Part shown: piece by piece, positions 1 through 9,051 of the stretch
Layout of the letters: each line of letters opens with the position of its first letter
Position numbering within the stretch: the stretch's first letter is position 1
Assembly: GCA_964508725.1 (NCBI GenBank)
Contig: CAZDVF010000001.1
Span: 1 to 31,184 of the forward strand
Direction: 5' to 3'
Source of the DNA: an uncultured bacterium
GTDB lineage: Bacteria; Zhuqueibacterota; QNDG01; DSAB01
Length of the DNA: 31,184 nucleotides
Notes under the pieces: generated by a model
The model's database searches: none
What the model saw: only the letters and a program-made list of their open reading frames with translations
What the model was told of the DNA's origin: nothing
Made by a program: the position numbers and the translations under genes

Positions 1-1
1 T

Positions 2-316
2 CTCTCCGGTCAGGCTGTGATCGACGTCCTCTCAAAGGAAGCCAAGCGGCGGAATGAGGCTGTCGAGATGTACGAGAAGGGCGGAAGACCAGAACTTGCG
101 GAAAAGGAGAGACAGGAACATAAAATCATCAGCTCTTATCTTCCCAAACAGTTGTCTTCGGAAGAGCTGGATTGCGTCGTGGCAGAAGCCATCGCACAAA
201 CGGGCGCAGAAGGCATGAGGAGCATGGGTCAGGTGATGGGTGTGGTGATGTCGCAGATTAAGGGCCGAGCCGAGGGGGCTCTGGTTCAAGAGATGGTGAA
301 AAATAAACTCAGTTGA
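2..316 (+). CDS. GatB/YqeY domain protein (5' truncated at window edge)
   Basis: Frame is open from position 2 (LSGQAVIDVLSKEAKRRNEA...). Motifs KRRNEAVEMYEKGGRPELAEKE, YLPKQLS and MGQVMG...GRAEG are typical of YqeY. Confidence 0.9.
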   Translation, partial: LSGQAVIDVLSKEAKRRNEAVEMYEKGGRPELAEKERQEHKIISSYLPKQLSSEELDCVVAEAIAQTGAEGMRSMGQVMGVVMSQIKGRAEGALVQEMVKNKLS

Positions 317-343
317 TCCCGTTGCTATCTCCTAGATCTTTTG

Positions 344-380
344 ACAGCCCGTTTGTTTAATGCAAGCGGGCTGTTTCAAT
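344..380 (+). terminator. Probable intrinsic terminator after yqeY
   Basis: 12-bp stem acagcccgtttg/caagcgggctgt with one G-U pair and a 7-nt loop, followed only by a weak T/A tract (ttcaatt). Confidence 0.6.
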
Positions 381-489
381 TATGGTGCTCAAAGACTGAA
401 TGTGAGTTTGTATAATTATATGTTCTGATCGGTCATCTGATTCCCGATGGATACTGAGACATCTATAAAAAGGTGCTGCCTGTCACAGC

Positions 490-518
490 TTGACTTTTAT
501 CTGCGGACGCTGTACATT
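490..518 (+). promoter_or_regulatory. Putative sigma70 promoter for cvpA-mutS2-dnaG
   Basis: TTGACT (490-495), N17, TACATT (513-518), 33 nt upstream of the cvpA ATG. Confidence 0.55.
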
Positions 519-551
519 GGTGCATCCACGTTCATAGACCCAGGATAGAAC

Positions 552-1163
552 ATGAACAGTTTTGATGTGGCGATTGTGGTCATTCTGTCGATTTTCTGCA
601 TCAAAGGATTTTTCCGGGGTATCATCGTCGAAGTCATGACTCTGGCCGGACTTCTTATCGCCTATGTGGTGGCCATTCGCGAGATGAGCCGACTTTCAGA
701 CCTTATTGGACGGGCAATCCATCTTTCACCTGTGATATCCACCGTACTGAGTTTTACTCTTATTTTCGTGCTGGTCTTTCTTCTCATTCGCTGGATGGCC
801 AGCGCGTTACGACGCTTCTTTCAGTGGAGTTTCATGGGCTGGCTGGACAGGGCAGGCGGTGTGGCGGCCGGCGCTTTCAAAGGGGCTTTCATTGCCAGCC
901 TGCTGGCTTTGGCTGTGTCTCTTGTTCCGTTTGGCGAAGAGGTGCGAAGCGAGCAGGAGACGTCCTTTTTTTTCAAGCCTGTCCGATCGGTTGCACCGGC
1001 AGTGTTTAACCTCATCAGGAAAACATTCCCCAAAACCAAGGATTTTATCGCGGAAGTCCGCGAGGGCGCATCCGAATCGTCCCGCCAGCTTATAGACAGC
1101 ATGTACTCCAAACAGATAGAGACTCTTCAGAAGGAGTTGGAGGAGCGTGTCGGAACAAAGTAA
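552..1163 (+). CDS. cvpA: CvpA family (colicin V production) membrane protein
   Basis: MNSFDVAIVVILSIFCIKGFFRGIIVE N-terminus, several TM segments, and the family motif WLDRAGGVAAGAFKG. Confidence 0.88.
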   Translation: MNSFDVAIVVILSIFCIKGFFRGIIVEVMTLAGLLIAYVVAIREMSRLSDLIGRAIHLSPVISTVLSFTLIFVLVFLLIRWMASALRRFFQWSFMGWLDRAGGVAAGAFKGAFIASLLALAVSLVPFGEEVRSEQETSFFFKPVRSVAPAVFNLIRKTFPKTKDFIAEVREGASESSRQLIDSMYSKQIETLQKELEERVGTK

Positions 1164-3504
1164 AGATCCGGCGGCAGCGCTCCTTGAGCTGGATGTCGTC
1201 CTGGCCCACGTTGCCGATCTGGCCCTCTCTCCCACGGGCCGGATGGCTGTCAAGCGTCTTCCTTTTATCACACAGTCCGACGATCTTAAACAGGAAATTA
1301 CCCGCGTCACTGAAGCGCGGGATCTGCTCCGTTTTGACGATCCCTTCCCCTTGCAGCATTTTCCTGATTTGCAGCCTGTGCTCAAACGGGCGGCTGTGTC
1401 CGGCACGTTTCTTGAGCCGCAGGATTTGTTGACACTCGGCCGTTTTTTGGCCATGTGCCGGCGCATAAAGACGTACCTGTCCAGTCGGGAAAATAAGGCG
1501 CCGTCTCTTCTTTCCACAATCCGGCATATCATACCTCTCCCTGAACTCGAAAAGGAGATTGATCGGATCATCGATCCCGGCGGTGAAGTGAAGGACAAAG
1601 CATCGCCGGAGTTATCACAAATTCGTCGTGAATTGGCGAGGCAATCCAACAGGATTCAGAAACAGCTTGAAACAATCCTCCGCAACATGACAGCCAAGGG
1701 GTACGTCCAGGAAGAGGCTCTTGTGCTTCGTGAGGGTCGCCTGGTTATCCCCATGAAAGAGGGGCATCGCGGCAGACTCAAAGGCGTTGTGGTGGATCAG
1801 TCTGCCAGCGGCGCGACCCTGTTTGTGGAGCCCCTGGAAGTGTTTGAGATCAACAATGTTGTGCGGCGTCTCCGGCGTCAGGAGAAGCAGGAGATCGAAA
1901 AGATCCTCACGGTTCTGACTGATGAGGTCCGGCGGCACCGGCTGGGGATTGAAGCGCAGCTGGATGCGGCTACCCGACTGGACGCTATCATGGCCAGGGC
2001 GTCCTTTTCCCTCCAGATCGACGGGAATCCCGCCCGCACTGACGAAGAGAGGATTCTCAACCTCCGAAACGCCCGGCATCCTCTTCTGATCCTCAAAAAA
2101 GGAGAGGACGCTGTGGTTCCTCTCGATCTGAAAATAGATCAAGACTTGAAGACTGTGGTCATAACCGGCCCCAATGCTGGCGGTAAAACTGTGACACTGA
2201 AGACTGTCGGACTGTTGGTGCTGATGCATCAGCACGGCATGCACATCCCGGCGGCTGAAGAGAGCAGCCTGCCGCTCTTCTCGCGCGTTTTCGCCGATAT
2301 CGGCGACCGTCAGTCCATCGAACAAGATCTTTCCACTTTCTCATCCCACGTCGCGTCGATCCACATGATTCTGTCTCACGCCGATGACCAAAGCCTGGTG
2401 CTGATTGACGAAATCGGCTCGGCCACTGATCCGGCAGAAGGATCTGCTCTGGCTGAGACAGTGCTCCGCCGTCTGACCCGGTCCGGCTGCCTCACTGTGG
2501 CCACGACGCATATGGGCGCACTCAAGGTATTCGCCCATGATGAGCCGGGCGTAGAGAACGGGTCCATGATCTTCGACCAGGAGAAGCTGACACCCACCTA
2601 CCGTTTCCAGATGGGGATACCCGGGTCCTCGTACGCTTTCGAGATCGCCCAGCGTTTGGGTCTCGATCCGGCCGTGGTGCAGGATGCCAGATCGCTGGTT
2701 GGAGAGGAGCGCGGCAAGCTGGACAGTCTGATCCTCCAGCTCGAACAGGATCTTGCCAGGTCACACAAGCTGGCTGAAGCTGCAGATATCGAGAAATCCC
2801 GACTTTCCGGACTGGTCGAACTGTACCAGAGCAGCATCGACCGCATCCGCGACGAGGGTGAGTTACGCATCCAGTCGCTGACCGAAGAAGCCGAGGATCT
2901 GTTTCGGCAGGCCAATGCGGAAATTGAGAATGTGGTGCGCGAGATCCGCGAGAGCCAGGCCGATCAAGCGGTTGTCCGGCAGGTCAAAGAACGCATCCAA
3001 ACGCAAAGAAAGCGTGCCCGCAACCTGACGAAGAAATCCCCCCAAAGCAAGACAGCCGATCTTCATCCCGGCGACTGGGTGTGCTGGCCAGGGCATGAAG
3101 GGCAGGGGCAGGTCCTCTCTGAGCCGGACAAGGACCGGCGTGTCCTTGTCCGGTGGAATGAGTTCAAGCTCAAACTTCCCACCAGTGAACTCGAAGCAGG
3201 GCAGGCGCCGGCTAAACCGCCGTCCAAATCAGGCCTCTCGCGTTACACGGCGACACCGAATGTGCGGGACGAAATCGATCTGCGCGGCCTCACAGCCCAT
3301 GAGGCTATTGAGGCTGTTGACCGCTATCTGGGAGACGCCTCCCGTGCAGGACTCTCCACTGTACGGATCATCCACGGCAAGGGGACCGGCGTACTCCGAC
3401 GGGAAGTCAGCGCGTATCTGCAGGGGCATCCTCTGGCCAAAACACAACGTCTGGGCAACTGGAATGAAGGCGATACGGGTGTGACTGTTGTGGAGCTGGC
3501 ATGA
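1147..3504 (+). CDS. mutS2: Endonuclease/ATPase MutS2
   Basis: DQSASGATLFVEP, Walker A ITGPNAGGKT, DIGDRQSIEQDLSTFSSH, LIDEIGSATDP, TTH, and a C-terminal Smr domain (IDLRGL...RIIHGKGTG). GTG start with GGAGGA RBS. Confidence 0.97.
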   Translation: MSEQSKDPAAALLELDVVLAHVADLALSPTGRMAVKRLPFITQSDDLKQEITRVTEARDLLRFDDPFPLQHFPDLQPVLKRAAVSGTFLEPQDLLTLGRFLAMCRRIKTYLSSRENKAPSLLSTIRHIIPLPELEKEIDRIIDPGGEVKDKASPELSQIRRELARQSNRIQKQLETILRNMTAKGYVQEEALVLREGRLVIPMKEGHRGRLKGVVVDQSASGATLFVEPLEVFEINNVVRRLRRQEKQEIEKILTVLTDEVRRHRLGIEAQLDAATRLDAIMARASFSLQIDGNPARTDEERILNLRNARHPLLILKKGEDAVVPLDLKIDQDLKTVVITGPNAGGKTVTLKTVGLLVLMHQHGMHIPAAEESSLPLFSRVFADIGDRQSIEQDLSTFSSHVASIHMILSHADDQSLVLIDEIGSATDPAEGSALAETVLRRLTRSGCLTVATTHMGALKVFAHDEPGVENGSMIFDQEKLTPTYRFQMGIPGSSYAFEIAQRLGLDPAVVQDARSLVGEERGKLDSLILQLEQDLARSHKLAEAADIEKSRLSGLVELYQSSIDRIRDEGELRIQSLTEEAEDLFRQANAEIENVVREIRESQADQAVVRQVKERIQTQRKRARNLTKKSPQSKTADLHPGDWVCWPGHEGQGQVLSEPDKDRRVLVRWNEFKLKLPTSELEAGQAPAKPPSKSGLSRYTATPNVRDEIDLRGLTAHEAIEAVDRYLGDASRAGLSTVRIIHGKGTGVLRREVSAYLQGHPLAKTQRLGNWNEGDTGVTVVELA

Positions 3505-5309
3505 AGATTCCAGACGAAACAATCCAGGACATTCGGGATGCCGCCGACATTGTGGACATTGTGTCGCAGCATGTGACACTCCGGAAACGGGGCAAGGCAT
3601 ACATGGGTCTTTGTCCCTTTCACACTGAAAAAACGCCGTCCTTTTCTGTTGATCCAGACAAGGGCTTTTATCACTGTTTTGGATGCGGCGCCGGGGGTAA
3701 TGTCTTCACGTTTGTCATGAAGATGGAAGGCGTTACTTTTGTCGAGGCCGTGCGCAGTCTGGCCGAAAAGACAGGCATCCCCTTGCCTGCTCTCGGTGAA
3801 AGCAATGACCAGACACGCGAGACAGAGCGGCTCTACAGGGCCAATCAGTTCGCCGCGTCGTTTTTTCAGCGCAGCCTCCACAAGACCGAGAATGGCAGGA
3901 AAGCGCTGGGCTATCTTGAGAAACGGGGATTTTCAATCGAAACGATCAAAGCGTTTCAGATCGGATTTGCGCCCGACAGGTGGGACGGACTGATGCATGC
4001 GGCGGCTCGCGAGCATCTCCAGGTATCTGATCTTGAACGGGCGGGCCTGGTTGTTCCGAGAAAAGATGGCAGCGGATTCTACGATCGATTCCGTGGTCGT
4101 CTCATGTTCCCCATCCACGCACCTTCAGGGCGTGTCGTCGGATTCGGCGGCCGCATTCTCAAAAAGGATGAGAAGGGGCCAAAATATATCAATTCGCCTG
4201 AGACGCCTGTTTACCGTAAAAGCAAGATCCTCTACGGACTCCACCAGTCCAAAGCCGGCATTCGCCGGGAAGACCAGGTCCTGCTTGTGGAGGGATATAC
4301 AGATGTCATGCGTCTTCAGCAGAATGGATTTGACTACGCTGTGGCCTCGTCCGGTACGGCGCTCACCGATGATCAGGCCAGGCTCATGATGCGGTACACC
4401 CAAAATGCCGTGCTGGTTTACGACGGCGATTCAGCGGGATTCACCGCCGCACTGCGCGGAACAGATATCCTTATCGCCGCGGGTCTTAAAGTGATTGTTG
4501 CGCCCCTGCCCAGCGGATCGGATCCGGACACGTATCTGCGTGAGCAGGGTCCCGATCAATTTTCAGAGCATCTCCGTTCGGCTCAGACGGTCATCGATTT
4601 TCGACTTGACCGGTTGCATCATGCGGGGAAACTGGAAACGCCGTCTCATAAAGCAGCAGCAGCGCGCCGTATTCTGGAGACCATTGCAGCCATTCGGGAT
4701 CCGGTCGAACGCAATCTCATGGTCAAGGACATCTCCGAGAAACTGGGCATTGACGAAGCGGTTCTGGTCCTGCAACTTCGCCAGTCCGGCCAGACGCATC
4801 ACTCAGGTCAGCCGTCTTCCGAGCAGCCACATCTTTCTGCGCGTCAGAGCGCTGAACAAGGTCTGGTGATGCTTCTTCTCGAAGATGCGTCCCGCTGGGC
4901 GAAGAAGGTTTTTCAGTTCATCCAGCCGCAAGCATTCACAAATCGTGAAGCCCGCCTTGTGGCCGAAGGAATCTACGACGGATTTCTTCAAAACGCAGCA
5001 CCCGACGCAGATACTCTGATGAATCGATTGTCCAGCGATCCGTTAGCTCTTCAATATCTTTCCGATATTCTGTCGCGATCCCTGGATGATGAAACAGACC
5101 GTGTCCGGTTTGGCGTTGACTGTCTCTGGCAGATTTGTGAAATGAACGTCCGGGATCAAATCGCAGAGATCAGTCAGAGAATTCGTTCAGCGGAAAAAGC
5201 AGGATCCGGTGATCTCAAGCTGAAAAAACAGTACATAGCCTTGCGGCAGGACTTGAAGAATAAGCGGCAAGCTATTAACGAGGCCTGGGAAAAAGATGTT
5301 GAAATTTAA
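3501..5309 (+). CDS. dnaG: DNA primase
   Basis: CHC2 zinc finger CPFHTEKTPSF...CFGC, KYINSPET, TOPRIM VEGYTD and YDGDSAG. ATGA overlap with mutS2. Confidence 0.97.
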   Translation: MKIPDETIQDIRDAADIVDIVSQHVTLRKRGKAYMGLCPFHTEKTPSFSVDPDKGFYHCFGCGAGGNVFTFVMKMEGVTFVEAVRSLAEKTGIPLPALGESNDQTRETERLYRANQFAASFFQRSLHKTENGRKALGYLEKRGFSIETIKAFQIGFAPDRWDGLMHAAAREHLQVSDLERAGLVVPRKDGSGFYDRFRGRLMFPIHAPSGRVVGFGGRILKKDEKGPKYINSPETPVYRKSKILYGLHQSKAGIRREDQVLLVEGYTDVMRLQQNGFDYAVASSGTALTDDQARLMMRYTQNAVLVYDGDSAGFTAALRGTDILIAAGLKVIVAPLPSGSDPDTYLREQGPDQFSEHLRSAQTVIDFRLDRLHHAGKLETPSHKAAAARRILETIAAIRDPVERNLMVKDISEKLGIDEAVLVLQLRQSGQTHHSGQPSSEQPHLSARQSAEQGLVMLLLEDASRWAKKVFQFIQPQAFTNREARLVAEGIYDGFLQNAAPDADTLMNRLSSDPLALQYLSDILSRSLDDETDRVRFGVDCLWQICEMNVRDQIAEISQRIRSAEKAGSGDLKLKKQYIALRQDLKNKRQAINEAWEKDVEI

Positions 5310-5327
5310 GTAAAAAATAGTTATACT
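5299..5327 (+). promoter_or_regulatory. sigma70 promoter for the tRNA
   Basis: TTGAAA (5299-5304), N17, TATACT (5322-5327). The -35 lies inside the last dnaG codons. Confidence 0.75.
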
Positions 5328-5333
5328 GTTACA

Positions 5334-5407
5334 GGGCCCATAGCTCAGTTGGTTAGAGCGGCGGACTCATAATCCGTTGGCCGGAGGTTCGAGTCCTCCT
5401 GGGCCCA
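5334..5407 (+). tRNA. tRNA-Ile2 (anticodon CAT, lysidine-modified, reads AUA); CCA not encoded
   Basis: Full cloverleaf: acceptor GGGCCCA/TGGGCCC, D arm GCTC/GAGC, anticodon arm GCGGA-CTCATAA-TCCGT, T arm GGAGG-TTCGAGT-CCTCC, discriminator A5407. C4-G69 and C5-G68 pairs and resemblance to ileX favour Ile2 over Met. G1-C72 pairing excludes initiator fMet. Confidence 0.93.
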
Positions 5408-5526
5408 CGTTGATGATAGAGAAAAGGATACAGAGAGTTTGACAAAATGCATTAGATGGGTGAAAGGATACGGGAACCTTTCGTCGGATTTTAAAACGCA
5501 CAATTTCGCACCGTAACTGTGACGAA

Positions 5527-5552
5527 TGCACCTCAAAGGGGTGCACTTTTTT
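5527..5552 (+). terminator. Intrinsic terminator downstream of the tRNA
   Basis: Stem tgcacctc-aaa-ggggtgca followed by c and T6. Confidence 0.7.
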
Positions 5553-5592
5553 GTATCGGAGGAGATCAGTATCGTAGTCGGAGGAGGATTCG

Positions 5593-6318
5593 TTGCATAA
5601 AATGCTCGATTATTTGTATGAACTGCAACAGCTCGATACGCAACTGGGGCAACTGGAGAGTTTGAGAGGGGATCTTCCAGGGCAGGTCAATCGGTTGAAG
5701 GGGGAGTATCGTACAGCAGAAAGCACTTTGAATGAGTACAGTGAAAAACTTGAAGCGTTGATCGTAGAGCGTGGACTGATCGATGTGGAGATATCAGATC
5801 TTGAAGCGAAACAGAAGAAATATCAAGAGCAGCTTTTCAATGTGAAGAACAACAAGGAATATGACGCTGTAACCCACGAGATCGAGAACGTCAAACAAAA
5901 CATTGGCCTGAAAGAGAGCCGGGTGATCGAATTGATCGATCTAGTAGAAGAGACCAAGAATGCAATCGAGGCACAGAAAATACATGTTGCCGAAATGAAA
6001 ACACGGCTCAACGAAAAACAGGAGGAACTTCAAAAACGGATGGCCAGCACTGAGAAGGAAGAAGCCGCTCTTCAGGATCGGCGGGGTAAAGTGCTGCGTC
6101 ATCTGGAAGACCGGGTTGTGTCCATGTATGAGCGGATTCGTAAGGCCAAGAATGGACTGGCGGTTGTGCCTGTGGCTCGCGGCGCTTGCGGGGGATGTTA
6201 CAAGTCACTTCCACCCCAGCGCATTCTGGAAATTCGTCAGAAAGATCGTCTCTTTCTTTGTGAAGTCTGCGGGCGGATGCTGGTCTGGGACGAAGCAGCA
6301 TCACAAGGCGGATCGTGA
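5593..6318 (+). CDS. C4-type zinc-ribbon coiled-coil protein (DUF164/COG1579 type)
   Basis: Long coiled coil followed by ACGGCY...CEVCGRML. TTG start with strong GGAGGAGG RBS. Confidence 0.9.
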   Translation: MHKMLDYLYELQQLDTQLGQLESLRGDLPGQVNRLKGEYRTAESTLNEYSEKLEALIVERGLIDVEISDLEAKQKKYQEQLFNVKNNKEYDAVTHEIENVKQNIGLKESRVIELIDLVEETKNAIEAQKIHVAEMKTRLNEKQEELQKRMASTEKEEAALQDRRGKVLRHLEDRVVSMYERIRKAKNGLAVVPVARGACGGCYKSLPPQRILEIRQKDRLFLCEVCGRMLVWDEAASQGGS

Positions 6319-6731
6319 ACCTGATTGCCTACATTGACGGAGCTTCGCTCGGGAATCCCGGTGAAGCGGGATTCGGTGTTGTTGTGAAAGACACGTCGGG
6401 AGTGATTTTACATCAAAGGGGAGGGTACATCGGACAAGCCACCAACAATGTCGCTGAATACCGGGGTCTGTTGGCTTGCCTCGAGACAGTCCGGCAATTT
6501 AATGTCGAAACCCTGACAATCTATTCTGACAGTCAACTCATGGTCAATCAGGTGAATGGCATTTACAGAGTGAAGAACCCAGGATTGAAAGATCTCCACT
6601 CTCAGGTCCTTGAAGCGCTCCACGCGAGTGAATACCATTTCAGCATCCATCATGTTCCAAGAGAGCAGAACAAGGAGGCTGATCAAATGGCGAGCCGGGC
6701 AGCTCGAATCCGTTCGGATGTCATCGTATGA
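6315..6731 (+). CDS. Ribonuclease HI family protein (short, archaeal/Ty1-like RNase H type)
   Basis: YIDGASLGNPGEAGFG, TNNVAEY, YSDSQL, HVPREQNKEAD, giving a D-E-D-D catalytic set. GTGA overlap with the upstream gene. Confidence 0.92.
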   Translation: MNLIAYIDGASLGNPGEAGFGVVVKDTSGVILHQRGGYIGQATNNVAEYRGLLACLETVRQFNVETLTIYSDSQLMVNQVNGIYRVKNPGLKDLHSQVLEALHASEYHFSIHHVPREQNKEADQMASRAARIRSDVIV

Positions 6732-6863
6732 ATCCGCCTGAGAAAAACGTGCTCATACCGACTATTCCGGTTCTCCTGCAACACATTGACCGTCCCTGTT
6801 TCAAGCGGACAGGGCGCTGTACTTCGGTGTGATGACGGCCTGATCGATTCACATAGATGGTTT

Positions 6864-6869
6864 TATAAT
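6864..6869 (+). promoter_or_regulatory. Possible -10 element for rnpB
   Basis: Perfect TATAAT about 20 nt upstream of the P1 helix. No convincing -35. Confidence 0.4.
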
Positions 6870-6889
6870 ATCATGTTGGATATCTGTTC

Positions 6890-7331
6890 TCCCGAGCGGA
6901 ACGGGTGATCGCTCCGACTGGTCTTGAGACCGGCTGGAGAGGAAAGTCCGAACTCCACAGGGCGGAGTGCTCCAGAAACCGGAGGCGTTCCGATGCCGAT
7001 GCATCGGCATCGGAACGACGGAAAGTGCCACAGAAAACAGACCGCTTAATCCCGAAGAATCGGGATGATAGCAAGGGTGAAAAGGTGAGGTAAGAGCTCA
7101 CCGACCCGGCGGCGACGACGGGTGCAAGGCAAGCCCCACTCGGAGCAAGGCCAAATAAGTGAGGAGTCCGGTTCTCCCCTGGGTGAGCCGGTGCGAAGCG
7201 GCCCGTTTCGTTTGACTCACGGGTAGGCTGCACGAGCCCGATGGCAACACCGGGCCCAGATAAATGATCGCCGTCCTGTTCCGGCCAATCGGATCAGGAA
7301 CACAGAATTCGGCTTACAGTTCCGCTCGGGA
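6890..7331 (+). ncRNA. rnpB: RNase P RNA, bacterial type A
   Basis: GAGGAAAGTCCG, GGAAAGTGCCACAGAAA, AAGGGTGAAAAGGTGAGGTAAGAGC, GAGCAAGGCCAAATA and ACAGAATTCGGCTTA. P1 is tcccgagcggaac/gttccgctcggga. P4 shows compensatory AAGTCCGAA/TTCGGCTT. Ends are approximate. Confidence 0.97.
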
Positions 7332-7356
7332 GGCCGGTTCAAATGGAGGACTTCTT

Positions 7357-9051
7357 TTGCAGTGGGTTCTTGCGGAGCAACCAGATCGGGATGCCCTTGA
7401 GGCGCTGACTGAAACGCTCCGCGTTCCAAAAGTCTTTGCCGGGATTTTGTTAGCCCGCGGCGTCCATTCGCTTGATGAGGCGAAATCGTTCTTCAAGCCG
7501 GACTGGGATGACCTGTATGATCCCTTCCTCATGAAAGATATGGACAAGGCCGTCGATCGGATCACACTGGCGCTGGATCGGAAGGAACGTATCTTTATCT
7601 TCGGTGATTATGATGTGGACGGCATTACATCTGTCAGCCTGCTTTATCTCTTTTTAACCCAACTGGGCTTGGAGGTTTTTTTCTATATTCCCGATCGGCT
7701 CAGAGAGGGGTACGGTCTCTCGGCCGCCGGCGTCCAGGATGCAGTCAATGTCGGCGCAACGCTGATGCTGACTGTTGACTGCGGTATCACCGGACAGGAA
7801 GAAATCGCCCTGGCCAGACAGCACGGCATCGATGTGATTGTGAGTGATCATCACGAGCCCGGACCCGAGTTACCGGATGCTGTAGCGATTCTCGATCCCA
7901 AGCGCAAAGACTGTGCGTATCCGTTCAAAGAATTGGCTGGCGTGGGCGTGGCGTTTAAATTATGCCAGGCTGTCGCCCAGCAGCTCAAGCTGGATGACTG
8001 GTCAGTACGGCAGTATGTTGATCTTGTGGCGCTGGGCAGCGCGGCCGATATCGTACCGCTGGTGGATGAAAACCGGCTTCTGGTCAAGAAGGGTCTGGAA
8101 GAGATCAACAGTTTCAAACGCGTTGGGATTCGTGCTTTGATTGAAAGCTCCGGACAGTCGGGCAAAAAAATCGGGACGGGACAGATTGTCTTTATTCTTG
8201 CGCCGCGCATCAATGCGGTGGGCCGCATGGGAAATGCTGAACGCGCGGTCAGACTCCTGATTACTGAATCAGAGCAGCAGGCAAAAAATATCGCAGGTAT
8301 CCTGGAATCGGAAAACCGTAACCGAAAGACCATCGACGAAGAGACGTTCCAGGAAGCGTTGAAGGTCATTGAGGCTGAATATGATGTCGATACACATCGG
8401 GCTGTCGTACTTGCGCAGGAAGGATGGCATGCCGGCGTCATCGGCATTGTGGCATCCCGCATCGCTGAACAGATCCATCGTCCCACTGTGATGATTGCTG
8501 TTGAAGATGGCATCGGGAAAGGATCGGCCAGAAGCGTCGCCAATTTTGATATTTTTTCTGCTCTCAAACAATGTGAACACCATCTGCTTGGATTTGGCGG
8601 ACATCGTTACGCCGCCGGGCTATCCATCGCCCTTGAGAATCTGGATGCCTTCAGACAAGAGTTTCAGACAGTGGCAGCGGGAATCATAGAGGAGGAAGAT
8701 CTGGAGAAAAAACTCTGGATTGATGCTGAACTGAATTTGACAGACATTAATGATAAATTCATTCGTATTCTTAACTATTTTTCTCCGTTTGGTCCCCGGA
8801 ATATGCGGCCGGTTTTTGTTTCGCACGACCTTCAGGTGGTCGGATCTCACCGGATCGTCGGACGGAATCATCTCAAGTTCAAGGTCCGGCAGCAGCGCGG
8901 ACAGATTTTTGACGCCATTGGTTTTAATTTGGGTGACCTGGCCTATCGGTTGGCACCGGGAGAGACAAACCTGGATCTGGCCTACGTGATTGAAGAAAAC
9001 TACTGGAACGGACAGACAAAAATCCAGCTTCGTGTGAAAGATCTCAGGTAA
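7357..9051 (+). CDS. recJ: Single-stranded DNA exonuclease RecJ
   Basis: GDYDVDG, TVDCG, SDHH, GSAADIVPL, PRINAVGR, GKGSARS, FGGHRYAAG. Start moved from 7264 (inside rnpB) to TTG 7357, 7 nt after GGAGG. Confidence 0.95.
   Translation: MQWVLAEQPDRDALEALTETLRVPKVFAGILLARGVHSLDEAKSFFKPDWDDLYDPFLMKDMDKAVDRITLALDRKERIFIFGDYDVDGITSVSLLYLFLTQLGLEVFFYIPDRLREGYGLSAAGVQDAVNVGATLMLTVDCGITGQEEIALARQHGIDVIVSDHHEPGPELPDAVAILDPKRKDCAYPFKELAGVGVAFKLCQAVAQQLKLDDWSVRQYVDLVALGSAADIVPLVDENRLLVKKGLEEINSFKRVGIRALIESSGQSGKKIGTGQIVFILAPRINAVGRMGNAERAVRLLITESEQQAKNIAGILESENRNRKTIDEETFQEALKVIEAEYDVDTHRAVVLAQEGWHAGVIGIVASRIAEQIHRPTVMIAVEDGIGKGSARSVANFDIFSALKQCEHHLLGFGGHRYAAGLSIALENLDAFRQEFQTVAAGIIEEEDLEKKLWIDAELNLTDINDKFIRILNYFSPFGPRNMRPVFVSHDLQVVGSHRIVGRNHLKFKVRQQRGQIFDAIGFNLGDLAYRLAPGETNLDLAYVIEENYWNGQTKIQLRVKDLR

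Noticed and set aside
5334-5407. tRNA-Met call from the CAT anticodon
   Set aside because: Acceptor-stem and overall sequence resemble Ile2 (TilS substrate). It has no C1:A72 mismatch or three consecutive G-C anticodon-stem pairs of initiator tRNA. Elongator Met is less likely but not strictly excluded.
6728-6832. 34-aa ORF overlapping the RNase H stop codon (MNPPEKNV...)
   Set aside because: No recognisable motif. It covers a GC-rich hairpin and the rnpB upstream region, so it is likely chance.
6855-6882. dif-like sequence (TCATGTTGGAT resembles the XerD arm); a similar AT-rich tract lies at 405-428
   Set aside because: The spacing to a XerC arm ending in TAA is wrong (2-3 nt instead of 6). 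It is better explained as a promoter -10 region.
7264-7356. N-terminal extension of RecJ in the ORF track
   Set aside because: It overlaps the 3' end of rnpB. TTG 7357 has a proper GGAGG RBS and matches the RecJ N-terminus.
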